This document shows, one piece after another, positions 34,090 to 42,920 of a stretch of DNA of 64,000 nucleotides. The stretch is from an uncultured Eubacteriales bacterium. GTDB taxonomy: Bacteria; Bacillota; Clostridia; Christensenellales; UMGS416. The DNA lies in assembly GCA_900542005.1 (NCBI GenBank), contig UQLW01000004.1, forward strand, positions 44,361-108,360, given 5' to 3'. The position numbers and the translations under genes are program-made. The notes beneath the pieces were generated by a model. The model saw only the letters and a list, made by a program, of their open reading frames with translations. It was not told where the DNA came from and ran no database searches. How positions within the stretch are numbered: the stretch's first letter is position 1; every line of letters starts with the position of its first letter.

Positions 34090-35727
34090 TTATTTTTCCC
34101 TGCCCCGCGCCGCCCTCCGGGCGTATCGGGCCGGGTACCACCGCTGAAACCAGGCCGTAAAGGCCCCCATCAGCGCCGGGCAAAGGGAGTTGACCGCGCC
34201 GGTCAGGTTAGCCAGCGGCGATGAAAGCAGGCAGGCGCTCCACAGCGGCGTCACGAGATACAGAACGCCCCAGCAGGCGGTAAGGATACGGTTTGTCCGC
34301 ACAAAAAGCGGGTTGTCCAGCATCGCCCGCCCGCCATAGGCTTCGCAGGAATAATAGGCCGTCAGCGGCAAGGGTAAAAAGGCCGTCGTCAGCCACATCA
34401 ACCCAAAGAGGGCATAGGACAGCAGCACCAGGGGCGCGCCCGGGCAGCCCAGCAGCGCCGCCAGGCTGATCCCGCCCACTGCGGCCAGGGTCAGCGCCTC
34501 AAAGGGCGTCATCCGATACCGAAGATAGGCCGCCGGCAGCAGGGCGCACACCGCCGCGCCCAAGGCCCCTCCGGCAACCGCATCCATGGGCAGCACAATC
34601 CAAAGCGCCATCCACGGCGCCAGCAGAAGCGGCATCATCGTGCGGCTGGGTCGGGGCGCCGCCTGGGGCCCCTGCCCTTCTTTTTCCGTTCCGGGGCCGA
34701 AGATCTCGCTCCAGCGCAGCATCAGGTTAAAATCACCCTCCACCCGATACTTGCGCTGCATCATGGCCTCGGCGCCGCCGATTGCTCCCCGGGCGATATC
34801 CTGCCACACCGTCAGCGGCGTTTCAATCCTCGTGGTATAGGGAAGAAAATCCCGCTCCAATACCTGGGATCCTTTTGCCGTCAGCACCATCTGGTAGCGC
34901 TTGCCGCAGTCGGTATAGACCATCTCCACGACCCGGTCCTTGCCCTGCCAGGAGGCGGGGTTATACAGCGCGGCCATCTGACGGGTAAAGGGCAGCGAAG
35001 CATCCCGGGATTCCTCCCCCGCCCGCTCCCCGGCCATGATCTCCCAGCTGGCGTCGGCCATGGCCTCGAACTGGGCCCGGGGATACAGCGGCTCCGCCAA
35101 GGCGCGGAGGGTATCCTCCCGGACGCCGCCCCGGGCAAATTCCTCCCCTGCCTCCGAAACCAACCGAAGGTATCCGCCAGTCCGCGCCCGCAGCTCCGGC
35201 ACGCGGAAAAGCTCGCCCTGGCCGCAGTAAAGGCGGGTATAATTCCCCCGCCCCCACAGCCGGTCGAATTGGGCGTTGATCGCGTCATAATTCCCCTCGG
35301 CCGTATAAAAGCCGCAGGTGGAAATCAGCACATACCGCTTACCCGTCATATCATAGCGGGAGGGGTGCCCGCCGCCCACCGCGCCATCGGCCATAAAGGG
35401 CAGGCTCATGGGCAGCTGGCGGTCCATCAGCGCCTTCAAGCCGGAGGGCAGGCCAAAGTAATACAGCGGGAAGCTCCAGATCACCACATCGGCCGCCAGC
35501 AGCTTTTCCATCACCCCGGCCATATCGTCCCGGATGCTGCAGGCGCCAGGAGTGGCGGACCAGCAGGCAAAGCAGCCCCGGCAGGGCTGAAGGCGGAGTT
35601 TGTAGACCGGGAGGATCTCCACCTGCGCCGGTGCAGCCCGTTCTATCCCCTCCAGGAAGGCCTTGGTCAGCTGCAGGGTATTGCTGTCCTCGCCCTTGGG
35701 GCTGCCGTTGAGCACCAGCACCCTCAT
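34090..35727 (-). CDS. fusion protein: flavodoxin-like NAD(P)H-dependent FMN reductase + SCP2-like domain + C-terminal polytopic membrane domain
   Basis: MRVLVLNGSPKGEDSNT...CRGCFACW...VIWSFPLYYFGLPSGLKALMDR..., then mid ...MMQRKYRVEGDFNLMLRW... (SCP2-like), then ~180 hydrophobic aa. Confidence 0.8.
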   Translation of the reverse strand: MRVLVLNGSPKGEDSNTLQLTKAFLEGIERAAPAQVEILPVYKLRLQPCRGCFACWSATPGACSIRDDMAGVMEKLLAADVVIWSFPLYYFGLPSGLKALMDRQLPMSLPFMADGAVGGGHPSRYDMTGKRYVLISTCGFYTAEGNYDAINAQFDRLWGRGNYTRLYCGQGELFRVPELRARTGGYLRLVSEAGEEFARGGVREDTLRALAEPLYPRAQFEAMADASWEIMAGERAGEESRDASLPFTRQMAALYNPASWQGKDRVVEMVYTDCGKRYQMVLTAKGSQVLERDFLPYTTRIETPLTVWQDIARGAIGGAEAMMQRKYRVEGDFNLMLRWSEIFGPGTEKEGQGPQAAPRPSRTMMPLLLAPWMALWIVLPMDAVAGGALGAAVCALLPAAYLRYRMTPFEALTLAAVGGISLAALLGCPGAPLVLLSYALFGLMWLTTAFLPLPLTAYYSCEAYGGRAMLDNPLFVRTNRILTACWGVLYLVTPLWSACLLSSPLANLTGAVNSLCPALMGAFTAWFQRWYPARYARRAARGREK

Positions 35728-36269
35728 CGGATGGCCTCCAAACGGTCAATGCACGCCTGGGCCCAGTCCAGGGCCATCTGCATATACCGGCCGCCAAAGT
35801 CCGCCGCCATCTCCCAATAAAGCGTCGGGTAAGCCTCCATATCGCGCCCGTAGGCTTCCATATCCGCCGGGATCGAACGCATCCGCTCCTGTGCCTCCAG
35901 CAGCTGCCGCCGGTAATCCTGCAGCAGCCGGATGCTCTCCTGCGGCGCTTCAAAGCCCGAAAAGAAAACCTTCATCAGAAAAGCGTTTTTCATCGGCTGC
36001 GCCATCCCTTCCCGGGAAGATAGCCATGCCCGGAACCGGCGTTTCCCTTCATCGGTGATAGCGTACAGCTTCTTGTTGGGCCGTTGGGTCTGCAGCACAA
36101 GCTCGCTTGCCACCAGCCCTTCCTCCTCCAGCTTGCCCAGCTCCCGGTAAATCTGGCTGGTCTGCGCGTTCCAAAAGAAATTGACCGAACAGCTGAAGGC
36201 CTTGGCCAGGTCATAGCCCGTCATGCTGCCATAGGACAAAAAGCCCAGAATGCCATAGGTCAGGGACAT
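35724..36269 (-). CDS. PadR family transcriptional regulator
   Basis: ...GILGFLSYGSMTGYDLAKAF...QIYRELGKLEEEGLV...KKLYAITDEGKRRF... Its stop overlaps the start of the downstream gene by 4 nt. Confidence 0.9.
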   Translation of the reverse strand: MSLTYGILGFLSYGSMTGYDLAKAFSCSVNFFWNAQTSQIYRELGKLEEEGLVASELVLQTQRPNKKLYAITDEGKRRFRAWLSSREGMAQPMKNAFLMKVFFSGFEAPQESIRLLQDYRRQLLEAQERMRSIPADMEAYGRDMEAYPTLYWEMAADFGGRYMQMALDWAQACIDRLEAIR

Positions 36270-36297
36270 GATTCCACCTCCTTATTATTCTATTTAT

Positions 36298-36326
36298 AGT
36301 ATATTCTACTTGTTGAATATAGTCAA
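36298..36326 (-). promoter_or_regulatory. padR promoter with an embedded inverted repeat (candidate PadR operator)
   Basis: Minus-strand TTGACT (36326-36321), 17 nt spacer, TATACT (36303-36298). The inverted repeat TATATTC (36300-36306) / GAATATA (36315-36321) lies inside the spacer. Confidence 0.55.
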
Positions 36327-36349
36327 CCCCCTTTCATCCGGTATGGCAT

Positions 36350-36380
36350 ACAAAAGCCAGCGGCAGAAGGGCCGCTGGCT
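36350..36380 (-). terminator. rho-independent terminator
   Basis: AGCCAGCGGC-agaagg-GCCGCTGGCT, with a T-run on the minus strand. Confidence 0.7.
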
Positions 36381-36435
36381 GTAACAGATATACGGCAAGA
36401 CCGCGCCCGCCCTGCCAGTTGGTCCCGCGCCGGTT

Positions 36436-37245
36436 CTATCGCTCCGCAGCCAGAGCTTTCCGGCACACCAGCAGCGCGTGATTGCTCATCCCGGTACAGG
36501 ACCCATGGCTGGCCATCTCATCCAGCAGCGGGCGCAGGAGGGCAAACCTCTCCTCGCTCATGGCTTCCACAATGCTCATAACGATGAAAAAGTCTGTACC
36601 AAGGTTCTTCAGCTTGACAAAGCCATGTCGTGCAGCCGCCGCCTCCATCTCCTCGGGCATGGTAAAGAAGAACAGCTCCGGCTGCAGATCGTCCCTGCCT
36701 TCTTCCAGAATCATTCGGTTGGCCTTTTCATTGGGGTAGGAGGCTCTGAGCTTATCATGGATACAGCCGCCTGCATAAACGCCCACCTTGTTGATGTAGG
36801 CGAAGGCCGCAATGCCGCCGGGCCTCAGGATCCGGCGGCACTGGGCAAAAACCAGCTCCCTCTCCCTTTCCGGCAGATGATACATGGGGCCCAGGCACAG
36901 CGCCACGTCGAAACTGCCGCCGTCAATCGCCGTAAGCGCCGTTGCATCGCCCACCTGAGCCCGTACGTTCTTCAGGCCGCGGCTGCTTATCTTCTCCTGC
37001 AAGATCGCAATATGCTCCGGGACCAGGTCTACCCCCAGGTAGCTCCTGCACCGGCTGGAAAAATGCATCGCGTAATAGCCGGTCCCGCAGCCCAGCTCTA
37101 TGACGTCCGCCCCCTCATGAATGAATTCCTCAAGGTGGCGCTTGGTATATGCAAACTCCAGCGCTCCATAGCGCGACTGGCTTGCCCGTTTATCCTCCGC
37201 GCCGTCCCGATATTTTTCCCTGATCTTTTCCACGTTGCCCGCCAT
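36436..37245 (-). CDS. class I SAM-dependent methyltransferase
   Basis: ...DVIELGCGTGYYAMHF... (motif I) and ...LRPGGIAAFAYIN... ATG 37245 has a GGAGGAGA RBS. The ORF extends to 37380. Confidence 0.85.
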   Translation of the reverse strand: MAGNVEKIREKYRDGAEDKRASQSRYGALEFAYTKRHLEEFIHEGADVIELGCGTGYYAMHFSSRCRSYLGVDLVPEHIAILQEKISSRGLKNVRAQVGDATALTAIDGGSFDVALCLGPMYHLPERERELVFAQCRRILRPGGIAAFAYINKVGVYAGGCIHDKLRASYPNEKANRMILEEGRDDLQPELFFFTMPEEMEAAAARHGFVKLKNLGTDFFIVMSIVEAMSEERFALLRPLLDEMASHGSCTGMSNHALLVCRKALAAER

Positions 37246-37343
37246 GGGTTCTCCTCCCCTTATCCGGCTTTCACCGCTCTTTTGGGATGATTCTATCATA
37301 CCTTCCCCGGCTCGTCCATAAGGCCGGCGAGCTGCCTCTTCTA

Positions 37344-37377
37344 TCAAAATACCGCCATACCGGAAGGGTATGGCGGC
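37344..37377 (-). terminator. rho-independent terminator closing the 7-gene operon
   Basis: The minus strand reads CCGCCATACC-cttcc-GGTATGGCGG followed by TATTTTGAT. Confidence 0.7.
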
Positions 37378-37407
37378 CATCCATCTTGACTTTATGCCGG
37401 CTTATCG

Positions 37408-38667
37408 CTACAGAATCTCCACGAAAAGCCCTTCGCCGCAGGCAAGCTCCACCTGCCACCGGCCATCGGTTTCCACGGGATTGGAGCCGTCCTTGCCATG
37501 TACCATCAGCCGCTGGGAACCGGCAAAGCGCACACAGGCCCGGTTGGCCCGCTCCCTTCCGGGATCCTCCATGTTTACCAGCGTAAAGGCGCGCTTCTCT
37601 CCCTGGGTAAAGCAACCCATCAGCAGGGGATAGTCGCCCTCAAAGGCCTCCACCGGGTCAAAGCGCTCCAGCGGATGATCCAGCTCCAGGTAGTTGCCCT
37701 TCAGGTTCAGCCGGTGGGAGAAGCCCGGGAACACCACGTCGATGGAGCGTTCGCGGCTGGTCAGCCCATGGCTGTTGGTCATGGCGCCCGCCCAGGCATA
37801 GGGCACATAGCGGCCCGTAAAGCGGTTCATCTCGCCGATGATCTTTTGCACATATCCATAGCGGGCCGTCTTTTCCCCGTCCCGGCCGATCATGGCGTCC
37901 TCAAAGGTTTCCTCGCCGTTGCCCGGCGTCCCATAGGTGAACAGCTGGATCACCTTGGCGCCAAAGGACATGGCGCAGTAGATCTGCCAGCGGATATCTG
38001 CCTCGCTGGGCTCCCGGCAGATATGGTTGAAGGCCAGGGTCTGGATGAAATACCACATGTCGCAGCCCCTGCGCTGGCAGGCGCGGGCCACAATCTCAAA
38101 GTTGCGCAGGTAGTTGTCCTGCAGCCAGGTCTCGCCGTCCGGCGTGCCGTAAAGCGGATAGAAATCATAGCTGATGGTGTCCAGGGCCAGCTCGTCGGCA
38201 TAGCGGTTTATATGCTCCTCATAGCTGCCGCAGCCCAGCTGGTCGCTGTTGGCATAGATGGGATACAGGTTCACCGCCGGCATTTTATCGGGCGCAGCCT
38301 TCAGGCAGGCGTCCGTCAGCTTCTTCAGCCGCGGGAAATCATCCACGCCCGGTTCGTCCCGCAGCGCAAACCCTGCCAGGGCTGGATGATCCTTATAGTC
38401 CTCGATGGCCCGGGCCAGGCGGAAGGCCTGATCGGCAAACAGGCCCTGTACTCTGGGGTCAAAGGCCATCACCAGCAGGCCGTTGCGCTGGCAGGCGTCC
38501 AGGATGGGCAGCGCGTTGGAATGGTCGGCCGCAAAGCTGACATAGCCAAAATCCAACCCGGATTCCCGCACCCGGCGGCAGCGCGCCTCGTCCAGCAGCT
38601 CCTCCTCAAAGACGCACCACGCGCCAAAGACCAGCTTCTTTTTGATCAGTTCCTGGATGGGATGCAT
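37408..38667 (-). CDS. putative glycoside hydrolase-like (beta/alpha)8-barrel protein (family unassigned)
   Basis: 419 aa. ...HPALAGFALRDEPG... resembles the clan GH-A NEP acid/base strand. The C-terminal ~90 aa are beta-rich. No signal peptide is visible. The assignment is tentative. Confidence 0.6.
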   Translation of the reverse strand: MHPIQELIKKKLVFGAWCVFEEELLDEARCRRVRESGLDFGYVSFAADHSNALPILDACQRNGLLVMAFDPRVQGLFADQAFRLARAIEDYKDHPALAGFALRDEPGVDDFPRLKKLTDACLKAAPDKMPAVNLYPIYANSDQLGCGSYEEHINRYADELALDTISYDFYPLYGTPDGETWLQDNYLRNFEIVARACQRRGCDMWYFIQTLAFNHICREPSEADIRWQIYCAMSFGAKVIQLFTYGTPGNGEETFEDAMIGRDGEKTARYGYVQKIIGEMNRFTGRYVPYAWAGAMTNSHGLTSRERSIDVVFPGFSHRLNLKGNYLELDHPLERFDPVEAFEGDYPLLMGCFTQGEKRAFTLVNMEDPGRERANRACVRFAGSQRLMVHGKDGSNPVETDGRWQVELACGEGLFVEIL

Positions 38668-38720
38668 TTGTTTCCTCCTTTTGGGCGCATCGCGCCCCCT
38701 GTCATGGGTTATAAGGCCGG

Positions 38721-39512
38721 TTATAAGCCGAAATCCCCCAGCGCCTGCCGGGCGGCTTCATCGGCCGCCCCGGCAAAGCTGGCCAACGTGCAGGGCGTAG
38801 GAAGGCCCAGGGCCTCCGGCAGGGCAATATACCCGGCCAGCGCCAGCGGCAGCGGCGCCCGTGTCTTAAAGTGGGCCCCGTCGCGGATCCAAAGCCCCTC
38901 CCCTATCAGCCGCTCCGTCTCAAAGTAGATCCGCGCGCCAGGCTGATAGAGCCCTTGGATATCCATAACCAACCGGCCGGCCTGATGGGAGGCCGCCACG
39001 ATCTCTCCGGCAACCCCGCTTCCCAGCATCACATAGTCGGAAAAATCCTCCGGATCGCCTAAAAGCGCGCCGATCGGCCGCTGCTGGGCTATCGCGCCGG
39101 CCCGCTTGAGCTGGTTCCAGCTTTTCAGCTCGCCGTCCCTCTGGATACCCGCCCAGCCTCCCGGCGTCGTGCTGTGGCACAGCACCCTGGGTTCATAGGG
39201 CCGCCGCGTTGGCTCCTGCCGGTCATGGCCCCCATACTCCCGCTCCGCCTGGGATAGGAGCGCTGGCGGGCAGTCGATCCATACATGGCGGCCCTGCCGC
39301 TCATGGTAGCCGATGAAATCCATCATCCGGAAAGCCCAGCCCCTTGAGGCAGCCGATAGCGTCAGGCCAAAGCACTGGTCCATGCCGGACATCATCTCAA
39401 AGTCCGCCTGTTCCACCACCCGCACGCGCACCCAGTCCGCCCCATAGGTCCCTTCCGGCGTAAAGGGGTTGCGAAGGGGCATGGGGCCCGGCACCTGCCG
39501 TACATACCGCAT
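38721..39512 (-). CDS. hypothetical protein (263 aa), no family recognised
   Basis: Its ATG abuts the upstream stop (TAAATG at 39510-39515). The C-terminal half has ...RVLCHSTTPGGWAGIQRDGELKSWNQL...DFSDYVMLG...ARIYFETERL... Confidence 0.65.
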   Translation of the reverse strand: MRYVRQVPGPMPLRNPFTPEGTYGADWVRVRVVEQADFEMMSGMDQCFGLTLSAASRGWAFRMMDFIGYHERQGRHVWIDCPPALLSQAEREYGGHDRQEPTRRPYEPRVLCHSTTPGGWAGIQRDGELKSWNQLKRAGAIAQQRPIGALLGDPEDFSDYVMLGSGVAGEIVAASHQAGRLVMDIQGLYQPGARIYFETERLIGEGLWIRDGAHFKTRAPLPLALAGYIALPEALGLPTPCTLASFAGAADEAARQALGDFGL

Positions 39513-40676
39513 TTACCGCTCTGCCTTTCCGGAGAAAAGGCCCGGCTCCAGCAGCACGCCCTGATCCCGCAGCCGCTGCTGCAGCGCGCCTGCCTCCGGC
39601 GCGCGCCCGGCCTGGGCGCATAGGGCTGCAGCGGTCCCCGCCGCCTGCCCGGTCACCGCGCAGCTGGGGATTACCCGGGTAAGATCCCACCCCAGGCCCT
39701 TTGCCGAGGTACAGCGGCCGGCGGCAAAGAGGTTGCCATGCTTCTGCCCCCGGATGGAGGCATAGGGGATGCTGTAGCGGCCCTGGGGCTTCTTCCAGTT
39801 GCCGATCATGCCGATGGCATCGGCGAACCACAGCCCCTCATACTCCACCTCGTCAAAGGCCACCGGCGCGTCCAGCCGCCGGGTCATCCGAAGCCCATGG
39901 AAGGCCGGAATCATAAAGGGGTACAGCCCCTCGCGCCCCTGCTCCCGCTGTTTGCGGGCATGGTCCGCGATCATGCCGCGCATGGCGAACATATGCTGGG
40001 CAATATCCTCCAGGCTGGTCCCGCTATAGGTGCGGCTGCCCTCGGGGATCTGGCTGTAAAGCGGATCCGTCAGCCCGTGCAGGGCGAGCTTTGTCCCGTC
40101 ATAGCTGTAATACCATCCGGTGCGCCGGTTGGTATCGTCATCCACCGTGGGCTCCCCGGCGAAAAAGCACAGGTCGGCGTCGCCGGTGGCATCCACAAAG
40201 GCCCGGCCCACAAAGGTGCGGGGGCCGCTCTTGGCGTCCACCGTCACCTGGGTCAGCCTGCCCGCCGCGCCCCCAGCCGCGGCCAGGCGCGCGTCATAGT
40301 AAACCGTGACGCCCTCCCGCAGCAGCAGCGCCTCCGCGTTGATCATCAAGGTAGCGGCATTATACTCCACCTGATAGCGCACGCCCCGGCGCGCCTCGAT
40401 GGAAGCCGGAGCGGCCCAGGGCCCGGGGATCTCGCCCGGCCCATCCTGCAGGGAAAGCTTGAGCAGCTCTTCGGCGATGCCGCCGGACATCTGTACGCCT
40501 TCCCCGTCGTCCAGCGGCAGATAGATCACGATCAGCCCCAGGGTCGCCAGGCCGCCCAGCGCATATTCCTTCTCCAGCAGCAGGGTGCGCGCCCCCTGCC
40601 GGGCGGCAGCCAGGGCGGCGGCAATGCCGGCCACCCCTCCGCCGCATACGATTACATCATATTCCTTTTGATTCAT
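39513..40676 (-). CDS. FAD-dependent oxidoreductase (FAD_oxidored/GIDA-like fold)
   Basis: MNQKEYDVIVCGGGVAGIAAALAAARQGARTLLLEKEYALGG... (GxGxxG dinucleotide fold). Confidence 0.85.
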   Translation of the reverse strand: MNQKEYDVIVCGGGVAGIAAALAAARQGARTLLLEKEYALGGLATLGLIVIYLPLDDGEGVQMSGGIAEELLKLSLQDGPGEIPGPWAAPASIEARRGVRYQVEYNAATLMINAEALLLREGVTVYYDARLAAAGGAAGRLTQVTVDAKSGPRTFVGRAFVDATGDADLCFFAGEPTVDDDTNRRTGWYYSYDGTKLALHGLTDPLYSQIPEGSRTYSGTSLEDIAQHMFAMRGMIADHARKQREQGREGLYPFMIPAFHGLRMTRRLDAPVAFDEVEYEGLWFADAIGMIGNWKKPQGRYSIPYASIRGQKHGNLFAAGRCTSAKGLGWDLTRVIPSCAVTGQAAGTAAALCAQAGRAPEAGALQQRLRDQGVLLEPGLFSGKAER

Positions 40677-42511
40677 TGCTCCTCCAGCGGCTTGAAGCGC
40701 CAGGTCACATCGCCTTCCGCCCGGGCCGGCAGGATAATATTGAGCCGGTACAGCCGGTCGCGGCCCCAGGCCCGGTTCATGGTTTCATCCTCGGGATAGA
40801 TCACGTCCACCGTTACCGCGCTGGGGCGCGCGCCCTCCAGGGCAAGCGACAGGTCTCCGCCCCGGCAGCCGATGCGCCAGCCTTCCCCCATCGCCTCCGG
40901 CTTTTCAGCCAGCAGGAAATGGAAGGTGGCCGTCTGCGGCGCCTCCAGCTCATAGCGGTCCCGGCAGGCGAGGGCGCCGTCCAGCGTCAGCTCCCGGCGA
41001 TAACGCCGCACGCCCGCTTCCCAGGCCCCGGCCGCCTCGATGGCAAAGCCCACAGCCCCCGGCGTCTGGGTCAGGGATACGCCGCCGGACCGGTATTGCG
41101 CCCCCGGCGCCTGCCCCTGCCCGCCGAAGTCGGGCAGCGTATGGAAGCTGGAGCCCATGGTCCAGATCTCATAGCGCTGGGGCGAGAAGGTTTTGCGGCT
41201 ATAGGTCAGCGTACCGGCGTCAATGACGGCGGGCTCCCCCTCCCGGTACAGGATAAAGGAGGCCACGTCGTTATGGTTGTGGCTCTCTGCATTGTGCCCG
41301 CCCTTTGCCGCCAGGGTCAACCCGTTCCTCCGGGCCACCAGCACCTCGATATCCGGGAAGAAGTCCAGCGCATGGGGCGAGAAGCTGCCGCCATGGGCCA
41401 TCATGGGGCCATAGGCCCAAAGCTGCTCCATGGCTGAAAGCACAGAATAGGTATGGGAAAAGGCCCGCTCCGGCGACAGGCGCGCCAGGTGAGCGCCAAA
41501 GTCCATCATGTCCGCCGCTCCCACGGCACTGCCATAGCGGTATACCAGGTCGGCGGCCGGGGTGAGGGAGGCCGCGCAATCGGCAAAATCCACAAACCAG
41601 TTCCCGCTGATATACATCCTGGGCAGGTACAGGCCCATGGCCTGCACCTTGGGATCCTGGAAAACGTCCAGAGCCCCGCCGGTCGCCCTGTGCAGCAGCG
41701 TCAGCGCGTCAAAGAAGGTGGCCGCCGCCCGGCTCCAATAGGCCGGCCCCTCGTCGCAGCCGCCGTCATCGCCATAGATGCCGGCAAAGCGCTCCATCGT
41801 CGTCAGCATCTGGCGGGCATACTGCCGCCGGACGCCCTCCGTCTCCCCCAGCAGCAGCACGGCGGCCAGCGTTGTGGAGGCGCACCAGGCCGCCCAGTTG
41901 TTCAGCGGGCCCTCAAAGTCAATCCCCATCCAGAAGCTGTAGCTGCGGCAGGCGGGGCGCACAATGCGCCGCAGCGTTTCCTCCCGGATGCGCAGCGGCA
42001 GGCGTCGGCTCATCTCGTCCAGCCTGCGCCCCATCACCCCATAGAGCACTGCCATGAGCGCGCCCGTTTCGCAGGCGAAAAGGTCCCGGGGCGAATCCGC
42101 CCCATCGGGCAGCGGGTCGGGCACAAAGCCGTCATGGCTGCCGTGGGCCGGCAGCGTCCAGCTTGTTTCCTCGCAGATCAGCCAGGCGCCGTTGACCAGC
42201 GCGTCCAGGAACCGGCCCCGCCCCTCCACGCATTCAGCGATCATCAGGTCGATCACAGCGGTGCGCCGGTCAAAGTAATCCTTCTCATAGCGGCTGCGGT
42301 TGCCGGTACGCATAAAATCCATATACCGGGTTGCCAGCAGGCTGGGCCAGGGATAATCAAGCCAGGCCTCGCCTCGCCGCACCATCTCCGCCTTTACAGG
42401 CTCCTCCAGCGCGGCCCAGGCCGCCCTGTCCTCATAGGGCGGATAGGGCGCAAAATCCCGGGCCAGCAGCAGATGCTCCGCCAAAAAAGCGTCGTCAAAG
42501 CGTTCAAACAT
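40673..42511 (-). CDS. heparinase II/III family protein (polysaccharide lyase-like)
   Basis: 612 aa with ...RTGNRSRYEKDYFDRR...LICEETSWTLPAH...GGHNAESHNHNDVASF... Its stop overlaps the next start (ATGA at 40673-40676). Confidence 0.85.
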   Translation of the reverse strand: MFERFDDAFLAEHLLLARDFAPYPPYEDRAAWAALEEPVKAEMVRRGEAWLDYPWPSLLATRYMDFMRTGNRSRYEKDYFDRRTAVIDLMIAECVEGRGRFLDALVNGAWLICEETSWTLPAHGSHDGFVPDPLPDGADSPRDLFACETGALMAVLYGVMGRRLDEMSRRLPLRIREETLRRIVRPACRSYSFWMGIDFEGPLNNWAAWCASTTLAAVLLLGETEGVRRQYARQMLTTMERFAGIYGDDGGCDEGPAYWSRAAATFFDALTLLHRATGGALDVFQDPKVQAMGLYLPRMYISGNWFVDFADCAASLTPAADLVYRYGSAVGAADMMDFGAHLARLSPERAFSHTYSVLSAMEQLWAYGPMMAHGGSFSPHALDFFPDIEVLVARRNGLTLAAKGGHNAESHNHNDVASFILYREGEPAVIDAGTLTYSRKTFSPQRYEIWTMGSSFHTLPDFGGQGQAPGAQYRSGGVSLTQTPGAVGFAIEAAGAWEAGVRRYRRELTLDGALACRDRYELEAPQTATFHFLLAEKPEAMGEGWRIGCRGGDLSLALEGARPSAVTVDVIYPEDETMNRAWGRDRLYRLNIILPARAEGDVTWRFKPLEEQ

Positions 42512-42920
42512 CGCCCTTCCCCTCTTTCCGGTAGGGCCGGATGTGCTCAGCCTTGGCGCTATACTCCTCTATGCGGCTGATCCGGCCCCCTTCGTCGAAA
42601 TCCATCAGGCTTACGCCGTCAAAGCAGCTTTCCCGGCCATCCCACCGGCAGCAAAAGCGCCACTTCAGGCACACGCCCCCGCGGAAGGCGCCGGCTTCCG
42701 TCACGTCCCAGGCCAGCACCCGCCCTCCCTGGGCGTGCCAGCCCGCAAACCAGGCTTGAACCTCCTCCAGCCCCCGGTATTCGGGGCCATAGCACTCCAC
42801 CACAACGATATCCGGGCTGAGCAGGCCGCCCAGCGCAGCCCCGTCCCTATGGAGCCATGCCTGGCAATAGGCCAGGGCGGCCTCCGTCTTGCTATCCGCC
42901 ATACCGGCATGTAAACTCAT
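42504..42920 (-). CDS. SnoaL-like / NTF2-fold protein
   Basis: 138 aa with ...AYCQAWLHRDGAALGGLLSPDIVVVECYGPEYRG...ISRIEEY... It overlaps the next gene by 8 nt. Confidence 0.7.
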   Translation of the reverse strand: MSLHAGMADSKTEAALAYCQAWLHRDGAALGGLLSPDIVVVECYGPEYRGLEEVQAWFAGWHAQGGRVLAWDVTEAGAFRGGVCLKWRFCCRWDGRESCFDGVSLMDFDEGGRISRIEEYSAKAEHIRPYRKEGKGDV

